Positions 14,504-26,264 of a stretch of 64,000 nucleotides of DNA are shown here, piece after piece (positions within the stretch are counted from its first letter, which is position 1; each line of letters starts with the position of its first letter). The notes under the pieces were generated by a model. The model was not told where the DNA came from. It made no database searches and was given only the letters and a program-made list of their open reading frames with translations. Origin of the DNA: Dimorphilus gyrociliatus (Eukaryota; Animalia; Annelida); NCBI GenBank assembly GCA_904063045.1, contig CAJFCJ010000006.1, positions 930,001 through 994,000 on the forward strand. Reading direction: 5' to 3'. Position numbers and translations under genes: made by a program.

Positions 14504-16373
14504 ATGGAATCGGATATTCTATCAGTAGCTGATTCTCGAATTGCTGACGCTAAAGCAAAGGCTAGACCTGGTTTGTTTCCCTTCGTTCTAGAATATTCTA
14601 AAAATACTTTCTCTTTATATTACTCTTAGAATTACAATGCTTCTCCATAGGCAAGTGTAGAATAAGATTTTATATCATTCAATTAACGCTTCAAACAGCC
14701 ATTATCTTTTTTCTAAATTCGACAAATTATTATTCAATCCATATTATTTTTATTGAATAACATAATTTAGAGCTAATTATTGACTTAATATGCCTTCTGC
14801 AGATGTTTATCTTCAATAATCAATGATGAATTGAACCACTTGTACATTAAATTCAATATTACTTTTTATTATTCCTCTTTGCATAGAAAGAAGCTTTTGT
14901 AATTTCAGTTTTTTTTCTAAAAGAAATAAATTTTGTGTGATCTGTGATAAATTAACTTCATCTTTTCTTACGACAAACAGAGTTACAAGGTGACGAAGGT
15001 TGGACAAAGTGTAATTATTATGAAAAGTTTGATTTATCATGGGAGCATATCGATGACACTCTGGAACGAGTAGATGCCAGAGTAGTTTCGGAAGAAGAGT
15101 TTATTGAACGATTCGAGAAACCTTATAAACCAGTAGTTGTAAGCCATGGACAAGATGGCTGGATGGCAGCTGAAAAGTGGACCTACCCTGTAATTATCTA
15201 AAACATAAAATATATATCATGACAAATTATAATTTTTTTCCAGCGACTGGCAAAGAAATATAGAAATCAAAAGTTTAAGTGCGGCGAGGACGATGATGGA
15301 TATTCAGTTAAATTGAAAATGAAATACTTTGTTAAATATGCAGCTGATCAGAAAGATGATAGTCCATTATACATTTTTGATAGCAGCTTTGGAGAGGTAC
15401 TGCAAATATAAAACTATTTCTATATGCATACAGTATTTCTCTGTTATAGCATTCGAAAAAGAGAAAAATATTAGAAGATTATCAAATACCGAAGTATTTC
15501 AAAGATGATTTGTTTAAGTATGCCGGTGAAGCCAAAAGACCACCTTATAAATGGTTTGTAATGGGTCCTGCTCGATCGGGAACTGGAATACACATAGATC
15601 CTTTAGGAACAAGCGCATGGAACGCTCTTGTTAAGGGTCACAAACGGTTTGTCTCCTCTGAATATTTCCTCATCAAATAATTTGAATGTCGAATAACTTT
15701 TTTGTAGATGGTGCCTTTTTCCTACAAACACACCTAAGAAACTGTTGAAAGTGGCTTCCGGAGTTGGGGGTAAACAAAGAGACGAAGCTATAACATGGTT
15801 TCAGCATGTTTATCCTCTAACTCAAATGCCTGAGTGGCCTGCTGAATTTAAACCTATCGAAGTAATTCAGAAACCTGGAGAAACCATGTTTGTTCCTGGC
15901 GGATGGTGGCACGTTGTTTTGAATCTCGATGAGACAGTGGCAGTAACTCAAAACTTTTGTAGTGTAACGTCTTTCCCTGTAATATGGCATAAAACTCTTC
16001 GAGGACGTCCAAAATTAAGCAAACGATGGTATGAAGCCTTGAAAAGGTTTAAACCCCACTTGATACCGATTGCTGATGCAGTCGATTTGTCCAAAAAGAC
16101 GCATGTCGTTAGCGACTCTTCGTCATCGAGTGATAGCAGTTCGTCAAGCTCGGATGCGGAGAGCATAGACTCTGATAGCGATTCGTCGGTTGGTAGTGCC
16201 GTGGGGATAGCACCATCACCGAACTCTTCATTGAGGCCCGCGGCTAAGAGAAGGTAGATGAGAGATATTTTTTATTCAATTGTTTGAAATTTTCAATTTA
16301 TAGAAAGAAAGGCCCGGAAAGGTGCAAAAGTCCATCCGGATGTTCATGCAACTCAGACAAAGTTACAAACTAA
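14504..16373 (+). CDS. JMJD6: JmjC hydroxylase/arginine demethylase JMJD6. Exons approx. 14504-14570, 14981-15189, 15244-15396, 15450-15646, 15708-16253, 16304-16373
   Basis: [11 protein letters not shown]|[64 protein letters not shown] (HxD), [23 protein letters not shown], poly-Ser tail. Confidence 0.96.
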
Positions 16374-16802
16374 TGAGAGAGTACTCGGGGAGGAAGACTG
16401 AACAAACATTACTTTCTTAAATGGTCTCCGAGAATGAAATTGTACACGTCAAACCAGAGTAACCTAATTGAATAAAAAGTCTATTTCGTTCATCTTTTTA
16501 TCCGTTGATCCTATGGCATTTTAAAAATTTTTTTTGCTGTCTAAGTGTTCTAGCATATTACGTATTGTTTTTATAACATAATCATCTAGATGTCACTAGT
16601 CCCGCTTAATATTGCTCTAGATATTACATATTGAATATGTCAAAAAAACAAATTGTTTGAGGTAATACTTCTCATTTTAGTTCATAAAAATGGCGGCTTT
16701 GGTTGCCTCCCTATAATATAAGTAATAAACGATATTTTCTGTGGAAGCAATTTAATATTTCAAAACTCAAGATTCTGCTGTCGCTCTATAAAGTAGTAAG
16801 CA

Positions 16803-17617
16803 ATGGCCCTGGAAGTATTGGGCAAAAGACTCCTTACAAGGGCCACAACTAACGAGGTAGTCTTTTAAATTATGTTACTTTAACTCCTATATTATCATTT
16901 ATGCTCTCTAAGACCGTCGAAATGAAGGAGCTTTGGTCTAACAGGAACGCTGTTATTTACTTCTTAAGACGATTCGGATGACAAATATGTAGGCTTTATG
17001 CTAAACAGGTTCGCCTAAATATATGAAGGACGGACAGATCTATTAAATTAGGTATAAAATATTAAACGTTTCAGCTATCTGAGATTGCAGAGCTACTTAG
17101 ACGACATAATACTGTTATCGTTGTTATTGGCGTAATGGAAGACGCTGGCAGCTTTCAAAGTTTTATGGATGGTAATTACCTAGACGGAGGTAAACGCTTT
17201 CGAAGAGAATTTTTTCCATCTCATTATATTGTAATTAGCATTCTCTTTACAGAGGTTTACACAGGCGATGAACAATTGTATCAGGACATAGGCTTTAAGC
17301 CATATTCATGCTGTGGACTTTGCTGTCTAGCGTGTACGTGTTGTTGTAGATCTGCCGTTCGTTCACAAATGAAGGGAATTCGAGACAATAAAATAGATGG
17401 TGATTTAGTTGGAAATCCTTTCAGGAATGGAGGAACTCTTATTATAAAAGATAACCAATTACTTTTAAGCCACATTCAGGAAACAGCGGACGACCACGTT
17501 GAAGTTATCCAAATTGTAAACATACTTGGTCTCACCCTGGATCAGTCTCTAAAAATAGTTACTAAGCAACCGAGGACAGTTTGTAATGACGAAGTTTGTC
17601 GGATTAGAAGAGATTAA
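16803..17617 (+). CDS. PRXL2B: Peroxiredoxin-like 2B / selenoprotein U family protein with in-frame TGA (Sec) in a UxxC motif. Exons 16803-16856, 16913-17008, 17075-17189, 17253-17617
   Basis: Spliced reading MALEVLGK...AVIYFLRRFG[TGA 16979-16981]QICRLYAKQ|LSEIAELL...FMDGNYLDG|EVYTGDEQLYQDIGFK...GDLVGNPFRNGGTLII...HIQETADDHV...VCNDEVC aligns with the PRXL2B-type LRRFGCxxCR motif, with TGA at the first Cys; SECIS in the 3'UTR. Confidence 0.88.
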
Positions 17618-17666
17618 TTTTCATAGTATCTCCTTCGGCAGGAAGATTTTTAAAGAGATTAGCATC

Positions 17667-17731
17667 TACGTATCGATGATGAAAAATAGTTAAATCCTTT
17701 TAAGGAATCTATTTTTTTGATGTTTAACGTA
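17667..17731 (+). promoter_or_regulatory. Eukaryotic type-II SECIS element (3'UTR RNA structure for selenocysteine insertion)
   Basis: AUGAU 17676-17680; helix II GAAAAAUAG 17681-17689 pairs with CUAUUUUUU 17709-17717; AAA 17692-17694 lies 11 nt after the core; apical mini-helix UCCU/AGGA; UGAU 17718-17721; helix I UACGU 17667-17671 / ACGUA 17727-17731. Confidence 0.88.
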
Positions 17732-18307
17732 TTTTGGCTTATCTCTTAAAAATCTTTATATGATTTATAGTATTTCTGTTAAAAATCAAAAATTTCTCTT
17801 TATCGTAAGGTAACTTCTTTCTAAAACATTGTTTTTGATTAAACAAATAAAAAAGAAATTAGCATAAAACTATTAGAAGTACTGTATTAAAATTCTACTA
17901 TTTCTAAAAATTCTTAAACATCAAACGGTGCTTTAATGCTGCATAAGTATAGACGAAGCACTTTCATAAGCTTGTAATTAATTGAATAACACCGCAGATT
18001 TTGCGTACGGCAGCAATAAAAAAAATTCAAAACAAAAGCCACCGTTATAACTCAGACAACTGCTTTGAAGCTTTCTTTTTTTAACATTTTTAGCCTGTTT
18101 TTTAATTAGAAAAAAAACGCCGGAAACGTACACACTCAAACGGGTTTATATCTTGCTCTACAGAGGAGAACGCGTGTATTTCTTTCTCTGTACCTAAATC
18201 GTTTTTGACAATAATAACGTAATCTTTTTCAATCTTTAATATACTATACAATGGAAAAAGAGAACAACGAGTAACATTGCTATTTTTTTATCATCTCTTC
18301 TTCTTAC

Positions 18308-18364
18308 CCCTCCTCCTCCTCCTCCTCCTCCTCCTCCTCCTCCCCCACCTCCCCCTCCTCCTTC
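18308..18364. repeat. (CCT)n microsatellite / C-rich tract
   Basis: About 11 perfect CCT units followed by degenerate C runs in otherwise AT-rich intergenic DNA. Confidence 0.95.
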
Positions 18365-21244
18365 TACCGTCACTCCCATTTTTTTGCTGAATTAATTATA
18401 TGGCTAGTGAAAAATATTACCAATCTTTTCCGTTTTTTACAAATTCTACTTGAAAAACTTTATCAATTATCAGTAAATGATTTTCGATCGATTACACACA
18501 AGCAATCCTTATTTAGTAATTGATACTTTAATAAAAGGTTTGTTATTAACAATATGAATAAGACATTAGAAATATAGAATATACAGAATAAATGAGTCTG
18601 AAAATTCTTTAATATTTTTCTCTTTTCTTAAAAGAAAAGCTTTTGAATTTTCTCTTTCTGTTCCACTTTTTAATATCATCTTTGCCAAAAATAGAATACA
18701 ATATACAAAGTTATTAGTAGGCAAACAATGTCAGCTAAAATCTTGGGTTTTTCTTTTAATAAATATCTTTACTATTTAAAGCCTCTTTACCGACTTTTGT
18801 ATCTGCAGTTATTAAAAATACAGATGGGAGATGAGAGGAAATTTCCAGATTTAACTATCTTATATGTCTCTAAAAAGGGCTGTTTTTTTTGTAGGCAATT
18901 TTGTATAAGTCTATAAATCTATGGTAAGATTTCTTGAAAATTTCTAAGGATTTCTGTTTAGAAATGGTATTTTTTTTATCTTTTAGTTACTCTGTCATAT
19001 ATTAAAACTAGTAAATACCATAAATATACTATAAAGCAGATTTGCGGTAATCTACATTTGTTAATCCATTCACCATTCTTTTAGTAGTAATATATTCAAC
19101 CAATAATTGGTCCATCCCTCGTTTCTCTGAGGTCGTTTACCATTGATCGATTGACTGTTTGTGAGTCATCATCAGTCTATACATCAATAAGAATAATATT
19201 TTTAAGGAATATACATTTTCCATACATTGTTCAGTGTATATTTGTAAAGATAGACAAGCTTTGATATTAATTATTCATATTTTCTTTTTGAAGAAATCTT
19301 CTCTTCCTTTGACTTTTATCCCTTTAAAAAAATGACGGTTCAAGATTCATTAATTCGATCTTTTTCATCTTTCATCTATCCCATATGTTTTGTGAACCAT
19401 CGAAGCTCAACGATTAAGCTAGTTAGCTTTTTAAGTCATGTTTTAGCGAAAAGAACGAGGCAAGTAGAGGCTTCATTTTATATCCACTAAAATACTACCG
19501 ATAAGTTAAAGGATCTTCCCTTCGCTCCCTCCTTCTTTATTCTCTTTCTTTGAACATTCCATTAATTGATCTCGCATCGTTTCGTGATTTTCCTTGATAA
19601 TCGAGACTCTTCTATTAATGAGTAGAGATTTAATTCTATTTCTATTATTCATTTAAACAATCATGTTTCCATACATATAGACTAATAAAATACATAGATT
19701 TTCTAACAGAAAAAGAAGAAGAAGAAGAGAATGTGTAGATTTACCTAAGAAATGAAAACGTGTAAAACCAAATAATTAATTGCATACACTCCACTTATAC
19801 ATTTTCGATAGATAGAAGAATTAGGACAGCAGTAAGCAATTAGCCCTTTAGGGGAATTTTCTTTTTTAAAACTATGACGTATGTCTTTGATTGAAACTAA
19901 CGGAAAAATTGCGTGAGCAGGTTTTTTCTTTTTTTTTTGGCATGTCTAGTAATTGACAGCTAATTTAATATTCAGTTCTTCAAAACACCGAGTAAATAAA
20001 AATAAGCAGGAAAAATTAATAAATTAATCTAACTAAATGTATTGCTAATTAGTGCGATTCTTCTCTTATTACTCATACATTACTTTGTAAGCTTAAAATG
20101 TTATATAGTCTATTCTATAAATTTATATATATATTGTTAATATGATATGTATGAATTTATTGTATGAGTTTGATATATTGAATATACTTTATTCTTTATT
20201 TCTGTGGTTTTATAGAAGGGTTTCTCAAGTTGAAATCGTTTTCGATTAAATTTTCTAGTGGGGTAACAAATGGCAAGTCATTAGTAAGCGAATAATTTAA
20301 TTAAATTCTCATACGGAAGGGGCTTTAATTACAATTTAACAGTAAGGTGAAGTTCAATGAATCAGTATGCTTAAAATTCTAAACATGGGTAGTACAAATT
20401 GCAGTGAAAAAGAACTATTTCCTGCTATACACAGCAAAAATAATAAGGTACGGCATTCCTGACTCATATTGTTTTATCAGCAATATTGTGAAATTCAATG
20501 CAAAAGGGCACCCGCCATGTTTATGTCATGGTGATATTATTCATTGTACCCCGTCTCCACAGTATATAGATATATGTATATAAGATATATATATATTTAT
20601 TCATTTTAGCTGAATTTATCATATAATTTAGCCGGCTTTAAGCATATGTCGAAGCAGTCTTCGAGTGGGCACCAGCGAACTGAGACTGATACATTTTCGG
20701 TATAAATTGATTTGCCACTACTTATTTAAGTGTTAGATTAGTTTCATAGATAATTTTCACTCTAAATATTTTGCTTAATGTCAATCTTTGATTAACATAA
20801 TTAAATTAGCTGAGAAAATGTTTCATAGTTATTATTTCATATCAATTTTATGAGGAATGCACTCTTTCTTTGTTGTACTCTTTGTTTTCTTCTGAGAACC
20901 AGTCTGCGATCTTGAATTTCGTTGTTTCCTTGAAATAGATTAATAATTTTTAATACTATTTCTTCGTTTCTATTGCAAGAGATGACATCTTCTTTACTTT
21001 ATTAACAGACTTAATGGATTTGTTCACAGAGCTTGACTAAATTTTCTGTCCCCATCAAAAAACACGTTTTTTTTTCGTTTTGCACTCAAAAGTATGGTTC
21101 GTAAGAAACGCAGGATTTCTGCTCTAGAATAAACACGCCCTTATTTTACACTTTGCTTTCTCAAAACAGCAACAAGTTGAATTACAACCTCTTAGAACAG
21201 GAGTTGATACCGTTGTTAGATATCAACAAGACAACAGAAATTCA

Positions 21245-22305
21245 ATGGGAGACAGTAAGAAATGTCTAATCTTAACAGTGTCCGTCCTAGTGGCAATTGG
21301 ATCCATTCTAATTTTGATACTTGTCCCACTAAGCTTTTCCGGAGTTGAATATTACGAGGTGACTAATTTTTACCAATTTTTCTATTACTATTCGAAATCC
21401 TATATGTTTGACATTTTGTATTTACGCAGTTCGCTTTCAAAAAGAGAAAGTCCACGGGATCTATCTACAGAGAGAAAGCATACGATGTTGGAAAGTATCA
21501 TTTAGGTCCAGATTTTTCTTTTCTAAAATTCCCGGCTTATGCACAACACGAATCGCTTCATGTAACAATATTCGATTCTGGAAAAACCGAAATTACAATC
21601 CAAGCAAGGTTTCAATATTTCCTTAGAAAGGACTTATTAAAATATTTACATGGAAAATTCGGCATGGGATATAAGCCTATCGTAAGGAAGAATGCTATAA
21701 ATGCGCTGAAAAATACTGCAACGAATTTTGCTCTTCGTCAGTTTATTCTAGAGAGGAGTATTGTAGAAAAAGAGTTGTTTCAGCGTATCAAAACTATTCT
21801 TGGAGGAGAATGTTGTGCACCCGATTGTAAAGAAAATTGCAAGTGTATTCCCTATAAAAAATGCACGGAAGACGATTTCGGAACTTTCGTAGACGTCCGA
21901 TTTTTTCAATTGCTTAGCGTTAAGCCTCCGCCGGGGAGACAAGTTAAAAAATTATCTTCGTTAGTTTTACCAGAACAGACTGAGGTTGAAATTATAAAGC
22001 ACGACGCTAAACAAATTAGATTAGAAACTGAAAAGGAGGTGAATGAAATTGAAAATTCAGCCAATGAAATAAAAATGAACGCAACGGCCGACGCCGATTA
22101 TCTAAAAGCTAAAGCTCAAGCCGAAGCCGCCGCCATGATTGAAAAAGCTCGATATGACGGATTAAAGAAGTTTTACGATACTGTCGGATTGTCAGACGCC
22201 AAGCAGAAAATCGCTTTCGATTATTTGAGATCGGTTCAGAAAAGCGGTAACACTCGCCTCAAAGTTAATTTTGATAAGATGGTAGCCATACTCAACGATA
22301 AATAG
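21245..22305 (+). CDS. SPFH/band-7 domain membrane protein. Exons 21245-21358 and 21430-22305
   Basis: N-terminal hydrophobic helix (LILTVSVLVAIGSILILILVPLSF), then YHLGPDFSFLKFP, EITIQARFQYFL, F..R..VEKELF, VDVRFFQL..V..P and an A/E/K-rich coiled coil (IKMNATADADYLKAKAQAEA) typical of SPFH proteins; phase-0 GT-AG intron 21359-21429. Confidence 0.75.
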
Positions 22306-22708
22306 AATTGACTAAAAGACATTATTGTAGTGATTATTATTAATTGTCTATACTGCTTTTCTTTTAAAATAAAAGCGTCTACCTGTCGATATAAGTGCCT
22401 AGAATCGATGATATTTGCCGCTCAATGCTCTCAAGAGCCCCCTAGCGGTTCTGTACTCTCTTCACTTTCGCATCTAATATGGATACCGAAGAGGAGGAAA
22501 ATTCGGTTAAGGGAAAATTAATGCAGGTAAAACTTTCTTTTTCATTTTACTTTCCTTACCTGACAAGGTGAAGTGAGGAGCCTTTTCAGTTTGAGTGACC
22601 GGAATGAAGAAAAATTAAAAAGGAAAGGAAAACGTGCGAGGTCCTTGGTTACGCTTTGTACATGTAAATACGCGTATTTCTTATACATTATATGTTTACA
22701 CGCAATTG

Positions 22709-22718
22709 ATGACGTCAT
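22709..22718. promoter_or_regulatory. Palindromic CRE (ATGACGTCAT) upstream of the cholinesterase gene
   Basis: Perfect TGACGTCA core in a GC-richer island about 480 bp upstream of the probable ATG at 23193; motif match only. Confidence 0.4.
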
Positions 22719-23192
22719 AAGCGTCTTCTAGGTGCGCGAAAAGTTTGGCGAGGTTAAGCTTGCCTAAGGCCGCTCAATTTACAGCCTAATCAAGTACGCT
22801 GATAAAGTTAGCAGGCGTTCCAACTGGCTTTGATGATCGACTTTTTTCGACGGTTGAAAACGCTTTTTCTATTCTATACAACAATTAGTCGATCCGTAAT
22901 TGACACTCTTCTCTCTGGCAGGATTACAAAGAAGAGAACGAGAAACCGGAAGAGAATGGCAAATCAAAGTTCGATTTCAAGATCGATATTTACATTCGAA
23001 AACACAGTTTCAGGGGTAAAAAGTATGAGAACTTTATACTTTTTTGTATAATCTAGAGAACGACTGAAACGTGCCTTAAAGCAAATTGAAATTCCACCGT
23101 CAAAGTTAGTTAATCGAAATGAATCGAACGAGACGGTCGCCCTCGCGCGACCAATCAGTAGAATATCGATCGACGTCTTTCGAGGCGTCAAA

Positions 23193-25587
23193 ATGGCATC
23201 CGTAGATGACCTGCTATTATTCGAAGATCGGACTAGCATTAGGTTTTCGTAAGTAATTAAGGCCTACAGGGTGCGCTTTTTAACGAAATCGATAGGTCGA
23301 TCTATAGATGCACATAATGGAAACATTTTAGTGTGAAACCTATTGCATGAAACGAAAGAATATTTTAGAAATATTAGAGAAATATTTAGATAAAAACATA
23401 TCTATGAAATAGAAATGAGGCTAACACAGGCTAAAGACGCAGTTTATAGAAATTTAAGGCCACTAGAAGAGCTAAGGTGTTAGAATGAGTTCAATTCTTT
23501 CTGCAATTATGAAATTGACGCAGAGGAAGAAAATGAATTCTGAACAGAAGTCTGGAGAGTCGGTTATATAGCTTAGAGGTGAATCATTTTATTTGTACAT
23601 TTCATCATCTACAGGACTCAAGTGAAACGGTATAGAGCTGACTTTCGCAAGTGCTGCCTATCTTCGTCGATTGTAATACTGCTTTTGTGCATAGTCGTCG
23701 TAGCCGTCGTATTGATTTTCCTCCTAAATAAACCGACAGGTATACGATTTACTTAATTATAGGTATTTTTGCATCTAACCAATACTACTTAACATGCAAA
23801 TACTTAATTTTCTATTATTCAAACTAAAAAAGAATCCTTTGTTATTACATTAGATGAACAAACGCCGAGTTTCGTGCAAACAAAATTAGGAGAGATCAGA
23901 GGAAAGCGCGTTAAGTCACCACAGGGTGATGAGGTTATAGAGTACCTCGGCGTTCCGTTCGCAGAACCTCCGTTAGGCGAATTACGATATAACGACCCGC
24001 GACCTTTAAGAAAGCTGAAGTCGGATCCGTATGAGGCTTTCGACGTTAAATACGCATGCATTCAGTTTTTGGACACGACTACTTTTCCAAATTTCCCTCC
24101 CATGGATATGTGGAATGCTCAAAACCCTTTGAATGAAGACTGTCTTTATTTAAATATTTGGGTTCCTGGCAAGAAAAGGAAGAAAAAATTAACTGTTATG
24201 GTCTGGATTTATGGAGGGGGGTTTTACGGCGGGGCAAATTCTCTTTGGATCTATGATGGCAGAGCGTTAACAGCCTACGGCGACGTAATTGTCGTGTCCT
24301 TCAATTATCGAGTGGGTAGTTTTGGCTATCTCAGTACGGGTGATGGTAGAGTGTTGGGAAATTTTGGTATGAAAGATCAAGTCCTTGCATTAAATTGGAT
24401 ACAAGAAAACATAGCAGACTTTGGTGGTGATCCTGACGATGTAACTCTGTTTGGAGAGAGTTCAGGAGCTACAAGCGCTGGCTTACATATGATGTCACCT
24501 ATGAGTGGTCACCTATTTAAACGTGCCATCTTTGAAAGTGGATCTCCTGATATTCATTGGGGCTTCATGTCGAAAAAGCAAGCACGTGAACGATCTAAAA
24601 AATTCTTTAAGGCTGTTAATTGCCCGGATGATGATCAAATTTTAACTTGTCTAAGGAGATTACCAGCCAATTTCATTCAAAATAACGAATGGGTTGACTC
24701 TAACTTTCTGGTCTTTCCTTGGGCACCGTCTGTGGATGGAACTTTTTTAACAGACACGCCCCATAATTTATTAAAGAATAAGAACTATACAAAGAAAGAC
24801 TGCTTATTGGGTGCCAACAAAGATGAAGGAACTTTCTGGATTCTCGCATTAAAACATTTCAGCAAGGACACCGAAAGTTTACATACAAATGAAACTTTTT
24901 ATGAAACTATTGACTTAATAGACCATGACTTGACGGACGAGTGGAGGACGAAGATCAAGCAAATGTATATGCCCAAAGATCAAACAGATGGCGCTGCCCT
25001 TCGCGACAATTTGGATAAAGTTTGCGGAGACCGAAGTTTTACATGTCCAACGTTCGATGTAGCAAACGTTTTTGCTCAAGAGTTTAATGAGCACTCCGTA
25101 TATTTCTACTATCTTACTTATCGGGCGTCAAATGAGCAATGGCCACCTTGGATGGGCGTCATACATGGAGCAGAGATACAAGTAGGTTAAAAAAATATAT
25201 TGTGTAAAGAGTATGATTAAGTTTTTTGTATATTCTAACAGTGGATATTCGGAATGCCATTGAACTCTTCGAGAAACTACACAAAGGAGGAAGTAAAATT
25301 CTCCAAAATAGTAATGGATTATTGGGTTAACTTCGCAAAAACGGGGTAATTAATAAAGATATTGTTAATTTAAACATACTAGAATTATTAACTCGTTTCT
25401 CTATTCCTTAAATAGAAATCCCAATAGTCCAAATCTTCCAGAATGGCCAAAGTATAATAAAGTCGAAGGAAAGAAAACATACTTGGAAATGAGGTCACCT
25501 GAAGATTTTATCGTTGGCGATGGTTTACGAGAAAGTTTTTGTAAATTGTGGGCATCCATTCATTTGGAACTTCAAACTTCCATTTAG
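23193..25587 (+). CDS. ACHE: Acetylcholinesterase-like carboxylesterase with intact triad and an apparent N-terminal membrane anchor. Exons approx. 23193-23248, 23615-23740, 23854-25181, 25222-25346, 25416-25587
   Basis: YLGVPFAEPPLGELRY, MWN (choline-binding Trp), EDCLYLNIWVP, VWIYGGGFYGG, FGESSGA (catalytic Ser), ANKDEGTFW (Glu), WMGVIHGAEI (His), YWVNFAKTG|NPN; stop 25585-25587. Confidence 0.92.
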
Positions 25588-25642
25588 TTCATCTGCTCAG
25601 ATTATCGGCCTGCACAAATTAAACTCTAATTTACATATGCCA

Positions 25643-25862
25643 CATCTATATATATATATATATGTATAAATTCATATATATATCTACTAATATATATATA
25701 TATATATACTAATATATATATATATATACTGTATATATATATATATACTAATATATATATGTATATGTATAAATTTATATATGTATATATATGTACATAT
25801 ATATATAAGCGTCTACTGTATATATTTATGCATATACGTATTATATATGTATATATATAGAT
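25643..25862. repeat. Degenerate (TA)n / TATG microsatellite tract
   Basis: About 220 bp of interrupted TA repeats; it produces the spurious YIYI ORFs in the track. Confidence 0.92.
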
Positions 25863-26264
25863 TATATAGTTTTCCTTCATTTTTTTTACTTATGTGTAAA
25901 GAAATTACATGCGAACTAGGCTCAGAGATGAAGCATATTAACTATACAAAAAAATATAGTGCAAGTCAATGAATTGATACATTGATAGTTGGATAGAAAT
26001 AAACTACACAAAAATTGAGTCGATGGCATTAGCAATACATTTTCAGCAAACTTTTAATCCACAGCTGACGTATTATCTCGTTTTAGGAGGCTTCACGCAA
26101 GTATTAATAGTAAACGAAAAAAAGTACAGATAAAAATTCGCTTACTATTCAACGAATAACTAACACGTGTTTGCGCTTACACTTAACATATATACGGACA
26201 CGCCCGAACTCTTCACCAACAATATCTCGACAACGAAAGAAAACTAAATGCAACTTGGCCAATT

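Noticed and set aside
14822-14950. ATGATGA C-box in the 410-nt JMJD6 intron 1 (possible C/D snoRNA)
   Set aside because: No CTGA D-box at a suitable distance and no terminal stem.
16979-16981. Pseudogene interpretation of the in-frame TGA
   Set aside because: The stop falls exactly on the catalytic Cys position, all other exons are intact and a SECIS is present; Sec recoding is more parsimonious.
25626-25972. YIYI-rich ORFs here and at 30121-30348, 34201-34774 and 47437-47774
   Set aside because: Translations of TA microsatellites; not coding.
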